From: a virus
Length of the DNA stretch: 64,000 nucleotides
Reading direction: 5' to 3' (one strand)
Virus record (IMG/VR): IMGVR_UViG_3300034375_013346
Location: 1-64,000 of that record
Shown: positions 39,008-48,987 of the stretch, piece after piece
Layout: each line of letters starts with the position of its first letter
How positions within the stretch are numbered: the first letter of the stretch is position 1
The notes under the pieces: generated by a model
The model's input: only the letters and a program-made list of their open reading frames with translations
Told to the model about the DNA's origin: nothing
The model's database searches: none
Position numbers and translations under genes: made by a program

Positions 39008-39187
39008 TTAATCACCCGATCCGGATCTACCCAGATCTCTCCTGATCAATCTTCTCACGTAATGTGAAATCGACTCTGGAGGTTGTCCCTGGGTCAATGC
39101 TTTTTTGGATATCTTTTTGCTTAGTTCCTCGAGATCTTCACTAGATAGGAGAACTTGGATCTTTTCAGTTTTTTCTTCGCTAGCCAT
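39008..39187 (-). CDS. small ribbon-helix-helix-like protein (not in ORF track)
   Basis: MASEEKTEKIQVLLSSEDLEEL...SISHYVRRLIRRDL, 59 aa; upstream GATATATA. Confidence 0.55.
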   Translation of the reverse strand: MASEEKTEKIQVLLSSEDLEELSKKISKKALTQGQPPESISHYVRRLIRRDLGRSGSGD

Positions 39188-39228
39188 TTTAGATTGGTTT
39201 TTTTATTGATTTATATATCCCCGAGGTT

Positions 39229-40707
39229 TCAATTACTCTGATCAAATTCTATACCTCCGTGCCTTTCCCCTTTTGTCTTAAGTGGGGAGTAATCATCGAT
39301 AGGATCGGATATCACAAAAGCCTTATGTGGATTGACCATAACACCCAATCTCTTCATAAGTTTTCGGTTAATAAGCAAAGGGGTGGATTTGGATACCCTA
39401 TCAGTTGGTGCTATTTTAACACCTGGTATCTTAACACCATTAAAAATTAGATCAACCTCTATTATTGGTCTCTCTACCGTTTCTCTTCCAATTTCTGTGT
39501 TTGTATATCCTACTATTTTATTTTCTAACTCAACATCACCGATCTTCCATTTTAGTTGGTCTCCATCTATATTAAGCTCATCCGCATGTATAGAGCTAGC
39601 GGTGGAACCATTACCAGTATCAAATTTAGCTACAAATTTTCCTATTTGAGGGATTTCCACCGTTTCTAGATATCCCACCTCCATCTTGGTGTAAGACCAA
39701 TTGTTCTTGTTGGATATAAAATCGATCACATCACCCACAATAGGTTTTCCTATAGCCTCTGATATACCCTCTGTTCCCGGGGAGGAATTAACCTCCAGAA
39801 CATAGGGATTCCCGGTTTTTGAATCTATCATAATATCAACACCACACCAATGACAAGCTACAGCATTAGCAGATTCGCAAGCTATCTTTTCGATCTCCTC
39901 TGTGATTTCATACGAGGAAACGCTTCCTCCTAGTGAATAGTTAGTTCTGAAATCCTTCTCAACTGCCTCTCTTTTCATAGCACCCAGAATTTCAAAATTA
40001 TCCTTGCCAGGATTAAGAGGGTCAAACTTCTTAGTAATGACTTGAACCCTAATATCGAAGTTGGAATCTATTTTTTCCTGGAGTAGGATCTCACCATCCG
40101 GATCGAGCTTCCTTATTGTCTGATATACAGATTTAAGAGAAGCATAGGAATCAACTACGGATACTCCGATTCCCTGAGTACCCGCTAACAGCTTCATTAC
40201 TATCGGAAATTCCCCACCAACTTCTTCGAGCGATCTATCAAGTGTATCTTCTCCACTTACTAAAGAATACCTAGGAACGGGAATTCCTGAATCGTCAAGT
40301 ACCTGTGAAGTTGTGTATTTGCTTTCGCAGATCTCTATAGACTCGAGGGAGTTCAGACAAAAGTATCTGGAGTCTTCCAGATCCGACATGATCCTCTTAG
40401 TATGCGAGTTGGTTATGACTCCTCTTCTCGGAACTATGGCTGTAGTTTCCGGGCGTATTAGTATCTCTATGGTTTCATCCCCTTTTTCTTCTCTAAGTAA
40501 ATGTCCGTTATAAACCTTCTCGAGTACGCAGTTATTGACATTGACTGCCTTACATTCTATTCCTCTGTTCGAACACTCACTAATGAAAGATTCAGCTGTT
40601 TTACTGGGCGAGGATTGACCACTTAAAATTATTATATCTATTGACCCTCTATCCTCTGCTTCGTTTAAGAAAGAGCTATAATTAAGAGCTGGGGATATTT
40701 TTCCCAT
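39229..40707 (-). CDS. RimK-family ATP-grasp ligase fused to RimK-associated aspartic-type protease domain
   Basis: GTQGIGV, LLQEKI, DIRV, DFRTNYSLGG, GVD, LEVNSSPG; C-terminal AKFDTGNG...LLINR. Confidence 0.88.
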   Translation of the reverse strand: MGKISPALNYSSFLNEAEDRGSIDIIILSGQSSPSKTAESFISECSNRGIECKAVNVNNCVLEKVYNGHLLREEKGDETIEILIRPETTAIVPRRGVITNSHTKRIMSDLEDSRYFCLNSLESIEICESKYTTSQVLDDSGIPVPRYSLVSGEDTLDRSLEEVGGEFPIVMKLLAGTQGIGVSVVDSYASLKSVYQTIRKLDPDGEILLQEKIDSNFDIRVQVITKKFDPLNPGKDNFEILGAMKREAVEKDFRTNYSLGGSVSSYEITEEIEKIACESANAVACHWCGVDIMIDSKTGNPYVLEVNSSPGTEGISEAIGKPIVGDVIDFISNKNNWSYTKMEVGYLETVEIPQIGKFVAKFDTGNGSTASSIHADELNIDGDQLKWKIGDVELENKIVGYTNTEIGRETVERPIIEVDLIFNGVKIPGVKIAPTDRVSKSTPLLINRKLMKRLGVMVNPHKAFVISDPIDDYSPLKTKGERHGGIEFDQSN

Positions 40708-40744
40708 CGGTTGTTTCTTTTCTTGTATATATCCACGTTTACAT

Positions 40745-41023
40745 CTAGTAGTTCCTTTCCCTGTTATAAACTTCAGATATTATGTAATCTACTTCCAGTG
40801 CTGCCTTTATATACATAAGCTTCTCGCACTTGTCATATCGGTCCTCCAATAGGAAGAAGTCCAACATCTCTTGTACCCTGCTGAGCTTGTATTTAGGGCT
40901 AAAATAGTCATCCCTCATGAACTCGAAGGTATTCTGGCTTATTACATCAAAGTTTAAATACATCGAATCCCGGTATTCTTCAAAACCAGCATCAATTTCG
41001 TCATCTTCAAAAACTTCTCTCAT
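40745..41023 (-). CDS. small protein with UVR-like motif
   Basis: FFLLEDRYDKCEKL. Confidence 0.6.
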   Translation of the reverse strand: MREVFEDDEIDAGFEEYRDSMYLNFDVISQNTFEFMRDDYFSPKYKLSRVQEMLDFFLLEDRYDKCEKLMYIKAALEVDYIISEVYNRERNY

Positions 41024-41194
41024 TTTTGAATCTCCCTTTCCAATTTATGTAGATATTCCATGGATTCAGTGGGACCAATTAAAGCATCGGGTTTATATAG
41101 GTAAATTTCAAGAAACCTTGAGTCGTCATTCATTCTCTCCCTTATTGATTTAAGTTCAGCTAGATCGGGAAGATATCTCTTATTAAATCCCATA

Positions 41195-42340
41195 TTAAAA
41201 AAGAGTGTTTATCATAAATAAATTAGGGCTTATCGGGTTGTAACCCATTACCTCTATAAATCTGTTAATCGGATCAAGGATAGTTTTAGTAAACTGCTCA
41301 TCAAAATCTATAGGTGGAGCAAATTCATGTGGGAATGTACCCTGAGCATATGCAAAAACGTTATTTTCCATTACGTTCTTCCTCTTTACAAAATAAAATC
41401 TAACCTTTTCCCCGCCCCCGATCAAGGGATATTTATCCTTGAACTTCGTTGAATTCAGAAGGTAATTGTGATATGCTGATGCTCTAACATGTATAGGACA
41501 ACCCTTGGCTACCTCCAGATTGGTTGTGTCGTTTAATACAAACTTCTCGTAGTTATTAACCATGATAGCAGCGGATATATTTTCGGGCTCTTGAGCCTTA
41601 AAGTCTCTCTTGATCTTCTTGAGCTCCTGAACAAATTCTCGGAGCTCGAATTTATTACCCTTGCTAAAAATAAATTTGGTTAAGTATATGAGCTTCTCCC
41701 TTACGAATGATGGGGTTCCGCCTTTCACCATCTCAACCCCAGTAGTTTTGATGGATGTTAAAGGCTCGGAATGTACACCTTCGGAATAAACGATATTGGT
41801 AACATATTTTTTCTTACCCAGGAATATCCCGTTGATGGAGAGAGTCTCCATCTCAAAATCCTGATAATTATCAGTTCCCCATTTTTCTGCGTAGATATCA
41901 AAGCACTTCTTGAGATATCCGACTAATCGATTCTCATTTATTGCTAATATCAAATCCTTTTCACTTCCTTCCCATCCTTCACAAGAGGCTACGACTTCCT
42001 GAAAGGTTACATAGTTGGAGTCAGTATCACCATAAACGACCATCGGCTTGTGTATCTTCTTAACCGATGTTAGTCCCAGCTTATCATGCAATTCCTTGTC
42101 CTTATGCCAAAACTCATGAAAATACTTATCGAGAATCTTCTCGGAGTGCTTAATCAAGCTTTGTCCTTGTAGGGTAACAGCTTCAGCTACTTCGGGATTA
42201 AAACAGGCAAACCAGCTATTCCCTATTGCACCATAAATGGAATTCATGGTAAGTTTTACAGCTTGCTCCTCGTTCTTAAGCTCATTCTTAAGAGCCGTAA
42301 GAACCTCAATTTTTTCCTTTAATTCTTCCCTCTCAGACAT
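41195..42340 (-). CDS. family B DNA polymerase, C-terminal subunit (motifs B and C, thumb)
   Basis: KLTMNSIYG, YGDTDS, KKKY. Confidence 0.92.
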   Translation of the reverse strand: MSEREELKEKIEVLTALKNELKNEEQAVKLTMNSIYGAIGNSWFACFNPEVAEAVTLQGQSLIKHSEKILDKYFHEFWHKDKELHDKLGLTSVKKIHKPMVVYGDTDSNYVTFQEVVASCEGWEGSEKDLILAINENRLVGYLKKCFDIYAEKWGTDNYQDFEMETLSINGIFLGKKKYVTNIVYSEGVHSEPLTSIKTTGVEMVKGGTPSFVREKLIYLTKFIFSKGNKFELREFVQELKKIKRDFKAQEPENISAAIMVNNYEKFVLNDTTNLEVAKGCPIHVRASAYHNYLLNSTKFKDKYPLIGGGEKVRFYFVKRKNVMENNVFAYAQGTFPHEFAPPIDFDEQFTKTILDPINRFIEVMGYNPISPNLFMINTLF

Positions 42341-42348
42341 AGCTTATC

Positions 42349-43107
42349 TTACTTCTCTATAATACCCACAGCAGTTGATGTATCGGACTGCTCAGAAAAA
42401 AACACGATTCTGTTTTCGTGCAAATAACATCCACACGTTTCAGTATCAACATAGTTGAGATGTGATTTATAGATGGAGGATTCTGTGCTACCCTCAACGG
42501 AAATCTCATCCGGGCCTATGTTTAGCTTATAATTGAATGAATCCCCATTGATTTTCACATTCTCAGCGTCTACCTTGTAGACTAGAAGTTCCTCGGAATT
42601 ACTTTCCAACCCACATAGGGCCATTACAGAGGAGAAATCCGAACTATAGATCTTAAACTTTGAGAGAGGATCCTCCTTTGAATGCACTATGGAAAGGATA
42701 TTGTCCTCAACATATGATATCAGGGAAAGATCTGCACATCTAATTTTAATCTGGAGAGAATTTGATATAACATGTAGTTGTGTAGCTACGCAATCTCCAT
42801 CAATCTCAGAAACCTCGAGATCAAGATGTATATCCTCCTCCGGCCTGAAGTGCTTGAAGCAATCCATGAGTCTAGTGACGTCGATTAAACCGATCTTTAT
42901 TCTATCACAGGACCCATCTAATTCAGGCATTTCATCAAATACCTGATCAACATCCACCGAGGCATACTTCATAACAGATTTATCGGGGGTGTGGACCTTA
43001 CAAAAGAGCTTCTCGCTATCTAATTCAAGAAGGACGCTCTTATCAACAACCTTCAGCTTCTTCAGGAAAGAAATAAGGTTGCTGGTGCTGGTTACTCTAA
43101 TCTTCAT
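42349..43107 (-). CDS. probable DNA sliding clamp (gp45-like)
   Basis: 252 aa, acidic, beta-rich pattern, directly upstream of the polymerase subunit; inferred from context. Confidence 0.55.
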   Translation of the reverse strand: MKIRVTSTSNLISFLKKLKVVDKSVLLELDSEKLFCKVHTPDKSVMKYASVDVDQVFDEMPELDGSCDRIKIGLIDVTRLMDCFKHFRPEEDIHLDLEVSEIDGDCVATQLHVISNSLQIKIRCADLSLISYVEDNILSIVHSKEDPLSKFKIYSSDFSSVMALCGLESNSEELLVYKVDAENVKINGDSFNYKLNIGPDEISVEGSTESSIYKSHLNYVDTETCGCYLHENRIVFFSEQSDTSTAVGIIEK

Positions 43108-43162
43108 AGTGTTAATATTTAGATCTTCTATGACGACACTGTAGATTGTTTTCGATTAAAAC

Positions 43163-43192
43163 AAAAAATCCCAGCCTTTTTTGCTGGGATTT
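43163..43192 (-). terminator. intrinsic terminator
   Basis: ATCCCAGC/GCTGGGAT stem with T-run. Confidence 0.75.
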
Positions 43193-43217
43193 AAATCTCG
43201 TTAAGTTACATTATATC

Positions 43218-44141
43218 TTACCTCATGCCAGTAGATCTAATGGTATCTATTATAACTTGCTTAGTAGCTGGGTCTAAGGTCTTTGCCCATTTCTTTACTG
43301 AAGGGACATCAGTGGGGATAGTCGATTGACTGTCATTTTTTGATCCTCCGGTAGACTTAGATTTGGCCAGATCTGCACTAAAAGAGGAAAGCTGCTTCTC
43401 TAGCTCCGCAAGGGATTTCTTAGCTTCAGGAGACTTTATATCGGATTTCACATCCTCTACGTTGCCATCCTCTACCTCCGGTTTCTTTAATAGCTTGAAA
43501 TCTATCTTTTTACTACCAAGTCTGGAATTAAGATCCGTAAATAAATCGGAAAGCATCTTGTTTGACATCTCAACTCTTCTTCCACCGAAAAGTCGAGAAA
43601 ATGTGTTTCCCATCAATTCTATGAAAAGATTAGCCTGTTCTTCTACAATCATACTATAAGTAGGATTATACAGTGCATCAGCTAATCCGTCCATCACTTC
43701 ATCGTACGTGGTCTCAGGGGATAGGACGGTATATTTCTTGAGAAGTTTTTTCTCGGGTTCACTGAATTCACTCCATACTTTAGGCCAAGCTTCCTTCCAA
43801 AATTGTTGTGGAGTTATGACTTTCTCTTTTATAACGTCCTTTCCCTCATATTTAATTCCCGGGATTATATAGGGGACCAAAGCAGGAAATATCTTTTTGG
43901 CCATCCTATTAAAAGCTACCAAGAAGATCGGCCTTGCAGCATTCACAACATTTTCTTTGGAAACTTCCCTAATGTTTTCCAAACAGGTATCAACAACATT
44001 CAGTGAGATCTCATATGGCTTTACGGACTGGTTGTTTATTTTAATCTCACTGTCTATAGGGAGTCCTGACTTCTCCCAGTCAACTTGAAGTCCCTCATCG
44101 ATTGCGGTTAGGAAGTAGTGGTCTACATAGTCATTAATCAT
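43218..44141 (-). CDS. hypothetical protein
   Basis: 307-aa ORF. Confidence 0.65.
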   Translation of the reverse strand: MINDYVDHYFLTAIDEGLQVDWEKSGLPIDSEIKINNQSVKPYEISLNVVDTCLENIREVSKENVVNAARPIFLVAFNRMAKKIFPALVPYIIPGIKYEGKDVIKEKVITPQQFWKEAWPKVWSEFSEPEKKLLKKYTVLSPETTYDEVMDGLADALYNPTYSMIVEEQANLFIELMGNTFSRLFGGRRVEMSNKMLSDLFTDLNSRLGSKKIDFKLLKKPEVEDGNVEDVKSDIKSPEAKKSLAELEKQLSSFSADLAKSKSTGGSKNDSQSTIPTDVPSVKKWAKTLDPATKQVIIDTIRSTGMR

Positions 44142-44162
44142 GGATAACCTGTATAATTTATC

Positions 44163-45536
44163 CTATATATCCTCCTCGTCATCTGTTAATTCAAAAATCT
44201 CCACCTCGGGATCTATCTCCTGGGGAGTTCTAACGTTGGATTTAGGAAGTAGAGAAGCAGCCTTGGTTTTTCTAAGAGAAGCTGTTACTTTTTTAACCAC
44301 CGATTCCTGCTTCTTAATTAGGGCCTGAGTTTTTCTAATCTCACTTTTAACTCTTTTTATTTCATCCTCGGTCTCCTTGATGTGATCAGAAGAGAGCTTT
44401 ATAATTTGGATAGATGATAGCTTCTGTGATATCCACTTTTTGAATCCAGATAAGAAAGATATAATTTCACTATTCTTCCTCTTCTTCTCGCTCATGTAGA
44501 GCAGGAACTTTAACTTGGCCTCCAAGAATTCGAGATCAAGGTTAAGATTCACCTCGTCTCTAATTAGTCTCTTCAAGCGGACATTCTCTAAGTGAACCCT
44601 GAACGCATCCAGATACTCTTTTACGGAGTCAAATTGAGCAACAAGCCCGTCTTTGATTAAGACGACATCCTCTTTCACCACTATCTTCGTTTGTTTCTTA
44701 ATAAGCTCAACAGCAGAATCAAATTCCTTAGTTGGCACCTTATTTAGATACACCGTAACATCGCAGGTACTCTGAGAATTATTGTTGACCCTAAATTCCC
44801 AATCTGAAAAATCCAGCTTGGATAGGAGCTTTTTCATGAATGAGTCATACCTCATAACGGGAGGAAGATCAAAAATTCTAACTGTCTTCCTAGTTTTATT
44901 GACCTCAAATCCGCTCTCCAGAATCCAGATATTATCCTCTGGACCAACCTTATAAATTTTCCCTCTGAAGTCTTTGAAATATGGTTTCAATAACTTATTC
45001 TTCCCCTCCAAATACTCCACTATATCCTCCATCTTACGGGGAAGTATATTACTCCGGTACCCAACCGCAATACCGACCACATGGGTAAGAAGACCCACAG
45101 GAACTTCCAGATGTATCCAATCATGACCACCCTCCTCATTCTTCTCATTGAGATCCTCATGTCTCTTGACTATATCCTTTATATCCCGGTTTATTCTTAC
45201 CGAGGTATATCTGGGAGCGGAAGGGTTAGGGTTAACAGGAGATCCAAAAAACCCATCCCCCTCGAGTATAGGATAGGCACAGCCAAAAGGTCGAGCCAAT
45301 TTTGATATAGCGCCAGCCAGCGAAGAATCGCCATGATGATATAGGCCAGTTCTTATCACCTCTCCCACGAGGCCAACGGTCTTATTGAAAGAATTTGGCG
45401 AATTTTCTATTATTATTCTCTGTACCGGGGTCAAGGAATCATAGAAATTAGGTATTCCTCTAGCCTGCAAGACATATAAGGCATATTCCCTATATTTCTG
45501 GTTTATCTGATCCGTAATGGTTAAAGTAGAGCTCAA
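44163..45536 (-). CDS. type II DNA topoisomerase, breakage-reunion subunit (gp52/GyrA-like)
   Basis: DSLTPVQR, YHHGDSS, GFFGS, APRYT catalytic Tyr, GIAVGY. Confidence 0.92.
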   Translation of the reverse strand: MSSTLTITDQINQKYREYALYVLQARGIPNFYDSLTPVQRIIIENSPNSFNKTVGLVGEVIRTGLYHHGDSSLAGAISKLARPFGCAYPILEGDGFFGSPVNPNPSAPRYTSVRINRDIKDIVKRHEDLNEKNEEGGHDWIHLEVPVGLLTHVVGIAVGYRSNILPRKMEDIVEYLEGKNKLLKPYFKDFRGKIYKVGPEDNIWILESGFEVNKTRKTVRIFDLPPVMRYDSFMKKLLSKLDFSDWEFRVNNNSQSTCDVTVYLNKVPTKEFDSAVELIKKQTKIVVKEDVVLIKDGLVAQFDSVKEYLDAFRVHLENVRLKRLIRDEVNLNLDLEFLEAKLKFLLYMSEKKRKNSEIISFLSGFKKWISQKLSSIQIIKLSSDHIKETEDEIKRVKSEIRKTQALIKKQESVVKKVTASLRKTKAASLLPKSNVRTPQEIDPEVEIFELTDDEEDI

Positions 45537-45750
45537 ATCCGAGTTATTTTGTGTCTTTTCTATAAGGACATCGTGATTTTGTTTCTATATTGGTAAAGCA
45601 AAAAAATAAGACAAATGCCCAAATCAAAAATCCACAGAAAAAAGAAGCAGGGATCAACAATCATCATTGTACATCCCAAGGGTGAGATTCCAGATATGGT
45701 AATGGACAGAAAGGAGAGAAGAAAAATTATGAGAAAGGAGAGAGGATCTA

Positions 45751-46959
45751 CTAGCTAAGAGATGAAATAACGCTCTCTATTTCCTTACGTGCACTCGAAT
45801 CTAATTTATCCAACTCTAACAAATACACATCTACTTTACTTTGCTTGTTCTTCTCAAGAGCGTAAAGAGTGTTGGAGAGTCCACTCGAATCCTCGAAAAC
45901 AAAACATCCAGCTGAATAACTATTTATTTTTTCAGTAGATCCTGAGCGATCAGCTCTGTGGATGTTTATTCCAAACTTACCGGATTCAGAGTTACCAGGA
46001 GAATAAGTGGTATATTTGGCATCGCCTGGAGATGCAACAGGAACGTATCGATGCACCTTTACGCTTCCGTCCTGTACCAATGCCTGGTAGCCTCTATGGC
46101 TTCCGATCTTATATGAATATTTACCAGGTTGTACGATAGCTAAACCCTTTGGATTAATCGAGGAATCCGGGTTAGCAGCAACATACCAGTTTCTGAAAGG
46201 AACCGCCAAATACAAAGGACCAGGAGTAGTCGTTGCTTCAAACATCCGAATAATCTTATCCTTTTTTGGGTTCATCACAATAATCCAATCTGTGAAGTGG
46301 TTTTGATGTCCAATCTTCTCGGAGAGGTTATTTCTTATCGCAATAAGGTTAACTTCTTTGGTGTTAACCTTATATCCCTCATCCGTAAGTGCTTTCTTGA
46401 CCGCATCCCACCTTTCATCATCGGTATCAGTGTGGGATCTTTTCTTGGACCAAGAACCGTAATTATATGGGGAGCTGGGAGGCAATAGACTAGACGATGG
46501 TTCCATCACCGCGTTTTCATCCTCTGCTGCGGCTTTTATAGATTCCACATTGTTATCAAATTGGTCCTTGTCCGCTCTAGATTTATTGAGCCTATCCAAA
46601 ACCGAACCAACAGTCATAGGGGAATCAGATACCGATTGAGTTGGTACACCCTCTTGAGCAATATAATCCGGATTATTAGCCAAAATCTTAGCTAGGCCCG
46701 CTCCGGCAGGAGTTGCTAATAGTAGGTCTATTGCCTTTATGCTTCCAATGTCACCCACCTTAGGTTGGTCGACTTGTTGCTGGTTGGGACCTGATGATAA
46801 GGCTATATTAGTCCTAGCTTGGTTTATTCGATCGCTGTTTTTCTGTATTTGATCCGCTAAGGCGTGAAGTTGAGCTTTAGCAGGATCTAATGTCCCGCTA
46901 GAGTTTTCATTTAATATCTCTTCCCTGAAATCACTGAAGTTAAGTATCCTGCTATCCAT
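45751..46959 (-). CDS. probable virion protein with C-terminal L,D-transpeptidase-like domain
   Basis: ATTTPG, FGINIHRA...YSAGC (His/Cys pair); N-terminus ILNFSDF...LNE. Confidence 0.7.
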   Translation of the reverse strand: MDSRILNFSDFREEILNENSSGTLDPAKAQLHALADQIQKNSDRINQARTNIALSSGPNQQQVDQPKVGDIGSIKAIDLLLATPAGAGLAKILANNPDYIAQEGVPTQSVSDSPMTVGSVLDRLNKSRADKDQFDNNVESIKAAAEDENAVMEPSSSLLPPSSPYNYGSWSKKRSHTDTDDERWDAVKKALTDEGYKVNTKEVNLIAIRNNLSEKIGHQNHFTDWIIVMNPKKDKIIRMFEATTTPGPLYLAVPFRNWYVAANPDSSINPKGLAIVQPGKYSYKIGSHRGYQALVQDGSVKVHRYVPVASPGDAKYTTYSPGNSESGKFGINIHRADRSGSTEKINSYSAGCFVFEDSSGLSNTLYALEKNKQSKVDVYLLELDKLDSSARKEIESVISSLS

Positions 46960-47005
46960 GCAAACCCAATGTGTTTGTTCTATTTATCTGTTTCCAAATA
47001 ACTTT

Positions 47006-47335
47006 CTATTCCTTTATGAGATAAACTATCAGGGAATCCAGAATCACACTAACCCCACTATTCAAAAAACCATAGGAAATACAAGTTAGAAAGACCTCGG
47101 ATAGCCAGTGAGAGGAAAGTACCCAGGAATCCACGGGATTAGTAACAACACCAGTAAATGAAAGAATTCCTAGAAAAACCCCTACCCAAAATCCACTACA
47201 TTGTATACACGTAAGCAGTTTGGAAAGTGAGGGAGCTTTGACTTGAAGATATACGCGGAGTCCGTCGAATATTGTTCCGTTAACTAGAATACTGGTAATA
47301 GACCAGCCGATAATGAGTGTAATTAAAAATTCCAT
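47006..47335 (-). CDS. small membrane protein with CxxC (DUF1360-like)
   Basis: IFDGLR...LLTCIQCSGFWVG. Confidence 0.65.
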   Translation of the reverse strand: MEFLITLIIGWSITSILVNGTIFDGLRVYLQVKAPSLSKLLTCIQCSGFWVGVFLGILSFTGVVTNPVDSWVLSSHWLSEVFLTCISYGFLNSGVSVILDSLIVYLIKE

Positions 47336-47336
47336 A

Positions 47337-48365
47337 TCAAAATATTTTCTTGTATTCTTCTAAAAATTCCCTCTGCTCCTGGGATAGAACAGGAGGGACC
47401 GAGACATCTATTCTCACTAGGATATCACCTCTAAAATTATTTCCAAATTCAGGCACCCCCTTCCCAGCTAATCTAAATATCTTACCTGGGCTGGTTCCAG
47501 GAGGGATAGTTATCTTATATTCCCCACCTGTTGAGATATTCGGAATTTTAATCTCACTGCCAAGACAAACTTCAGGGAATGTAAGGGTTTCAGAACATAT
47601 GAGGTTTAGTCCATCCCTTTTATAAAATGGATGCGGCATGTCAAAAACGGTAATAATCAGATCCCCGGGATCGGAAGGAGATTTAGCCATATCACCTTTT
47701 CCGCTTAAGGTAAAACTAATACCTGATACAGATCCCTTAGGTATATTGATATCTACCTTATCCTGTCTTCTCTCCGTTCCTTGGCCTCCGCAGGAAGGGC
47801 AAATGGTTTTCGGAGTTTTTCCAGTACCAGAGCAAGAGTAACAGGTTTCGTCCATAGCTATCTGCCCGAAATTGCTATTTACTATTTTCCTCTTTACCCC
47901 AATCCCGCTGCAGACCTGACATGTATCCATCTGTCCATCCTTAGCACCGGTACCCATACAAGGGCTACATTGCATCCTTCTAAAGATATTAGCGGATTTT
48001 TTGGTTCCGTTAATAACCTCCTCGAGGTTTATCTCAACCCTGGCATTGATGTTCTTTCCCCTTTTGATTATCTCCTGCTCGGAAAAACCACCGAATGGGT
48101 TAAAACCACCGGGGAATGGGTTACCTGAAGAAAATGTGCTATGAGAAGAAAATGGGTTGGGGTTATCGTAATCTCTCCTTTTTTGAGGATTACCTAGGAT
48201 TTCATAGGCCTCAGCTATTTCCTTAAACTTATTCTCGGAATCCTTATCGTTACCAGTTTTATCCGGGTGATACTTCTGAACGAGCTTACGATAAGATTTC
48301 TTTATCTCGTCCTGAGTAGCAGTTCGTTGAACTTCTAATATCCTGTAGTAATCCTTTGTCATCAA
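47337..48365 (-). CDS. dnaJ: DnaJ chaperone
   Basis: J-domain HPD, G/F region, four CxxCxGxG repeats, C-terminal domain. Confidence 0.95.
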   Translation of the reverse strand: MMTKDYYRILEVQRTATQDEIKKSYRKLVQKYHPDKTGNDKDSENKFKEIAEAYEILGNPQKRRDYDNPNPFSSHSTFSSGNPFPGGFNPFGGFSEQEIIKRGKNINARVEINLEEVINGTKKSANIFRRMQCSPCMGTGAKDGQMDTCQVCSGIGVKRKIVNSNFGQIAMDETCYSCSGTGKTPKTICPSCGGQGTERRQDKVDINIPKGSVSGISFTLSGKGDMAKSPSDPGDLIITVFDMPHPFYKRDGLNLICSETLTFPEVCLGSEIKIPNISTGGEYKITIPPGTSPGKIFRLAGKGVPEFGNNFRGDILVRIDVSVPPVLSQEQREFLEEYKKIF

Positions 48366-48368
48366 TAA

Positions 48369-48716
48369 TTAGAAAGATGACTTAAGCCACTCCCTAATTA
48401 CCATCTCTTTTCCTCTATCGGAATCAGGTACCATTTTCCACTTAGATAGAAGCTCATTCTCCAGTGATAGAATTTCCCCGCAAATTTCATAGCTCTCTTC
48501 ATTTTCCCAGTATTTGCACATTTTTTTGCAGAAATCTGAGATCTGCTCCTTACTGGCAAATATGTAGATGAACTCCTGGCTTTGGCCTCGTAGGGCTTCC
48601 AAAAAAAGATCCTGGACTGCTCTCTCGACGTGACACTTTAAAACTGAAAGCTGAGGATGATCTTCAAAGGAAGATCTCCAATCTGGAAAATGTTGATTGT
48701 CGAAAGATAGATTCAT
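48369..48716 (-). CDS. small protein with UVR-like ExYExC motif
   Basis: YWENEESYEICGEI. Confidence 0.6.
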   Translation of the reverse strand: MNLSFDNQHFPDWRSSFEDHPQLSVLKCHVERAVQDLFLEALRGQSQEFIYIFASKEQISDFCKKMCKYWENEESYEICGEILSLENELLSKWKMVPDSDRGKEMVIREWLKSSF

Positions 48717-48723
48717 GCCGGTT

Positions 48724-48987
48724 TTATTTAATGGTATCTAGAAATTTATATATCTCCACATAAATTTCATGTTCGCTCAAATCTAAATAATTTAGGTTTA
48801 ATTTTTTCAATGCCCAATCAGTTTTTTTTGAACCAAATTTTTCAAACAGCACTTCACGCTTGATTTGAGCTTCCATTTCAGTGTCCCTGCTATAAGAAAC
48901 ACCAGAGTCTTTTAGAGAAATAATCTTCTCCTCGAACTCTCTCAACCTTTCATAGTCTTCTTTCTTTAATTCGTGGTTTCCTGACAT
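48724..48987 (-). CDS. hypothetical protein
   Basis: 87-aa ORF. Confidence 0.55.
   Translation of the reverse strand: MSGNHELKKEDYERLREFEEKIISLKDSGVSYSRDTEMEAQIKREVLFEKFGSKKTDWALKKLNLNYLDLSEHEIYVEIYKFLDTIK

Noticed and set aside
43163-43192. CAGCAA inside the hairpin at 43.17 kb as a fourth small-RNA copy
   Set aside because: The motif is part of a terminator stem and lacks the 7-bp + N3 layout.
45615-45758. 47-aa basic plus-strand ORF (MPKSKIHRKKKQ...)
   Set aside because: Plausible but short with no recognisable motif, so not supportable as a feature.
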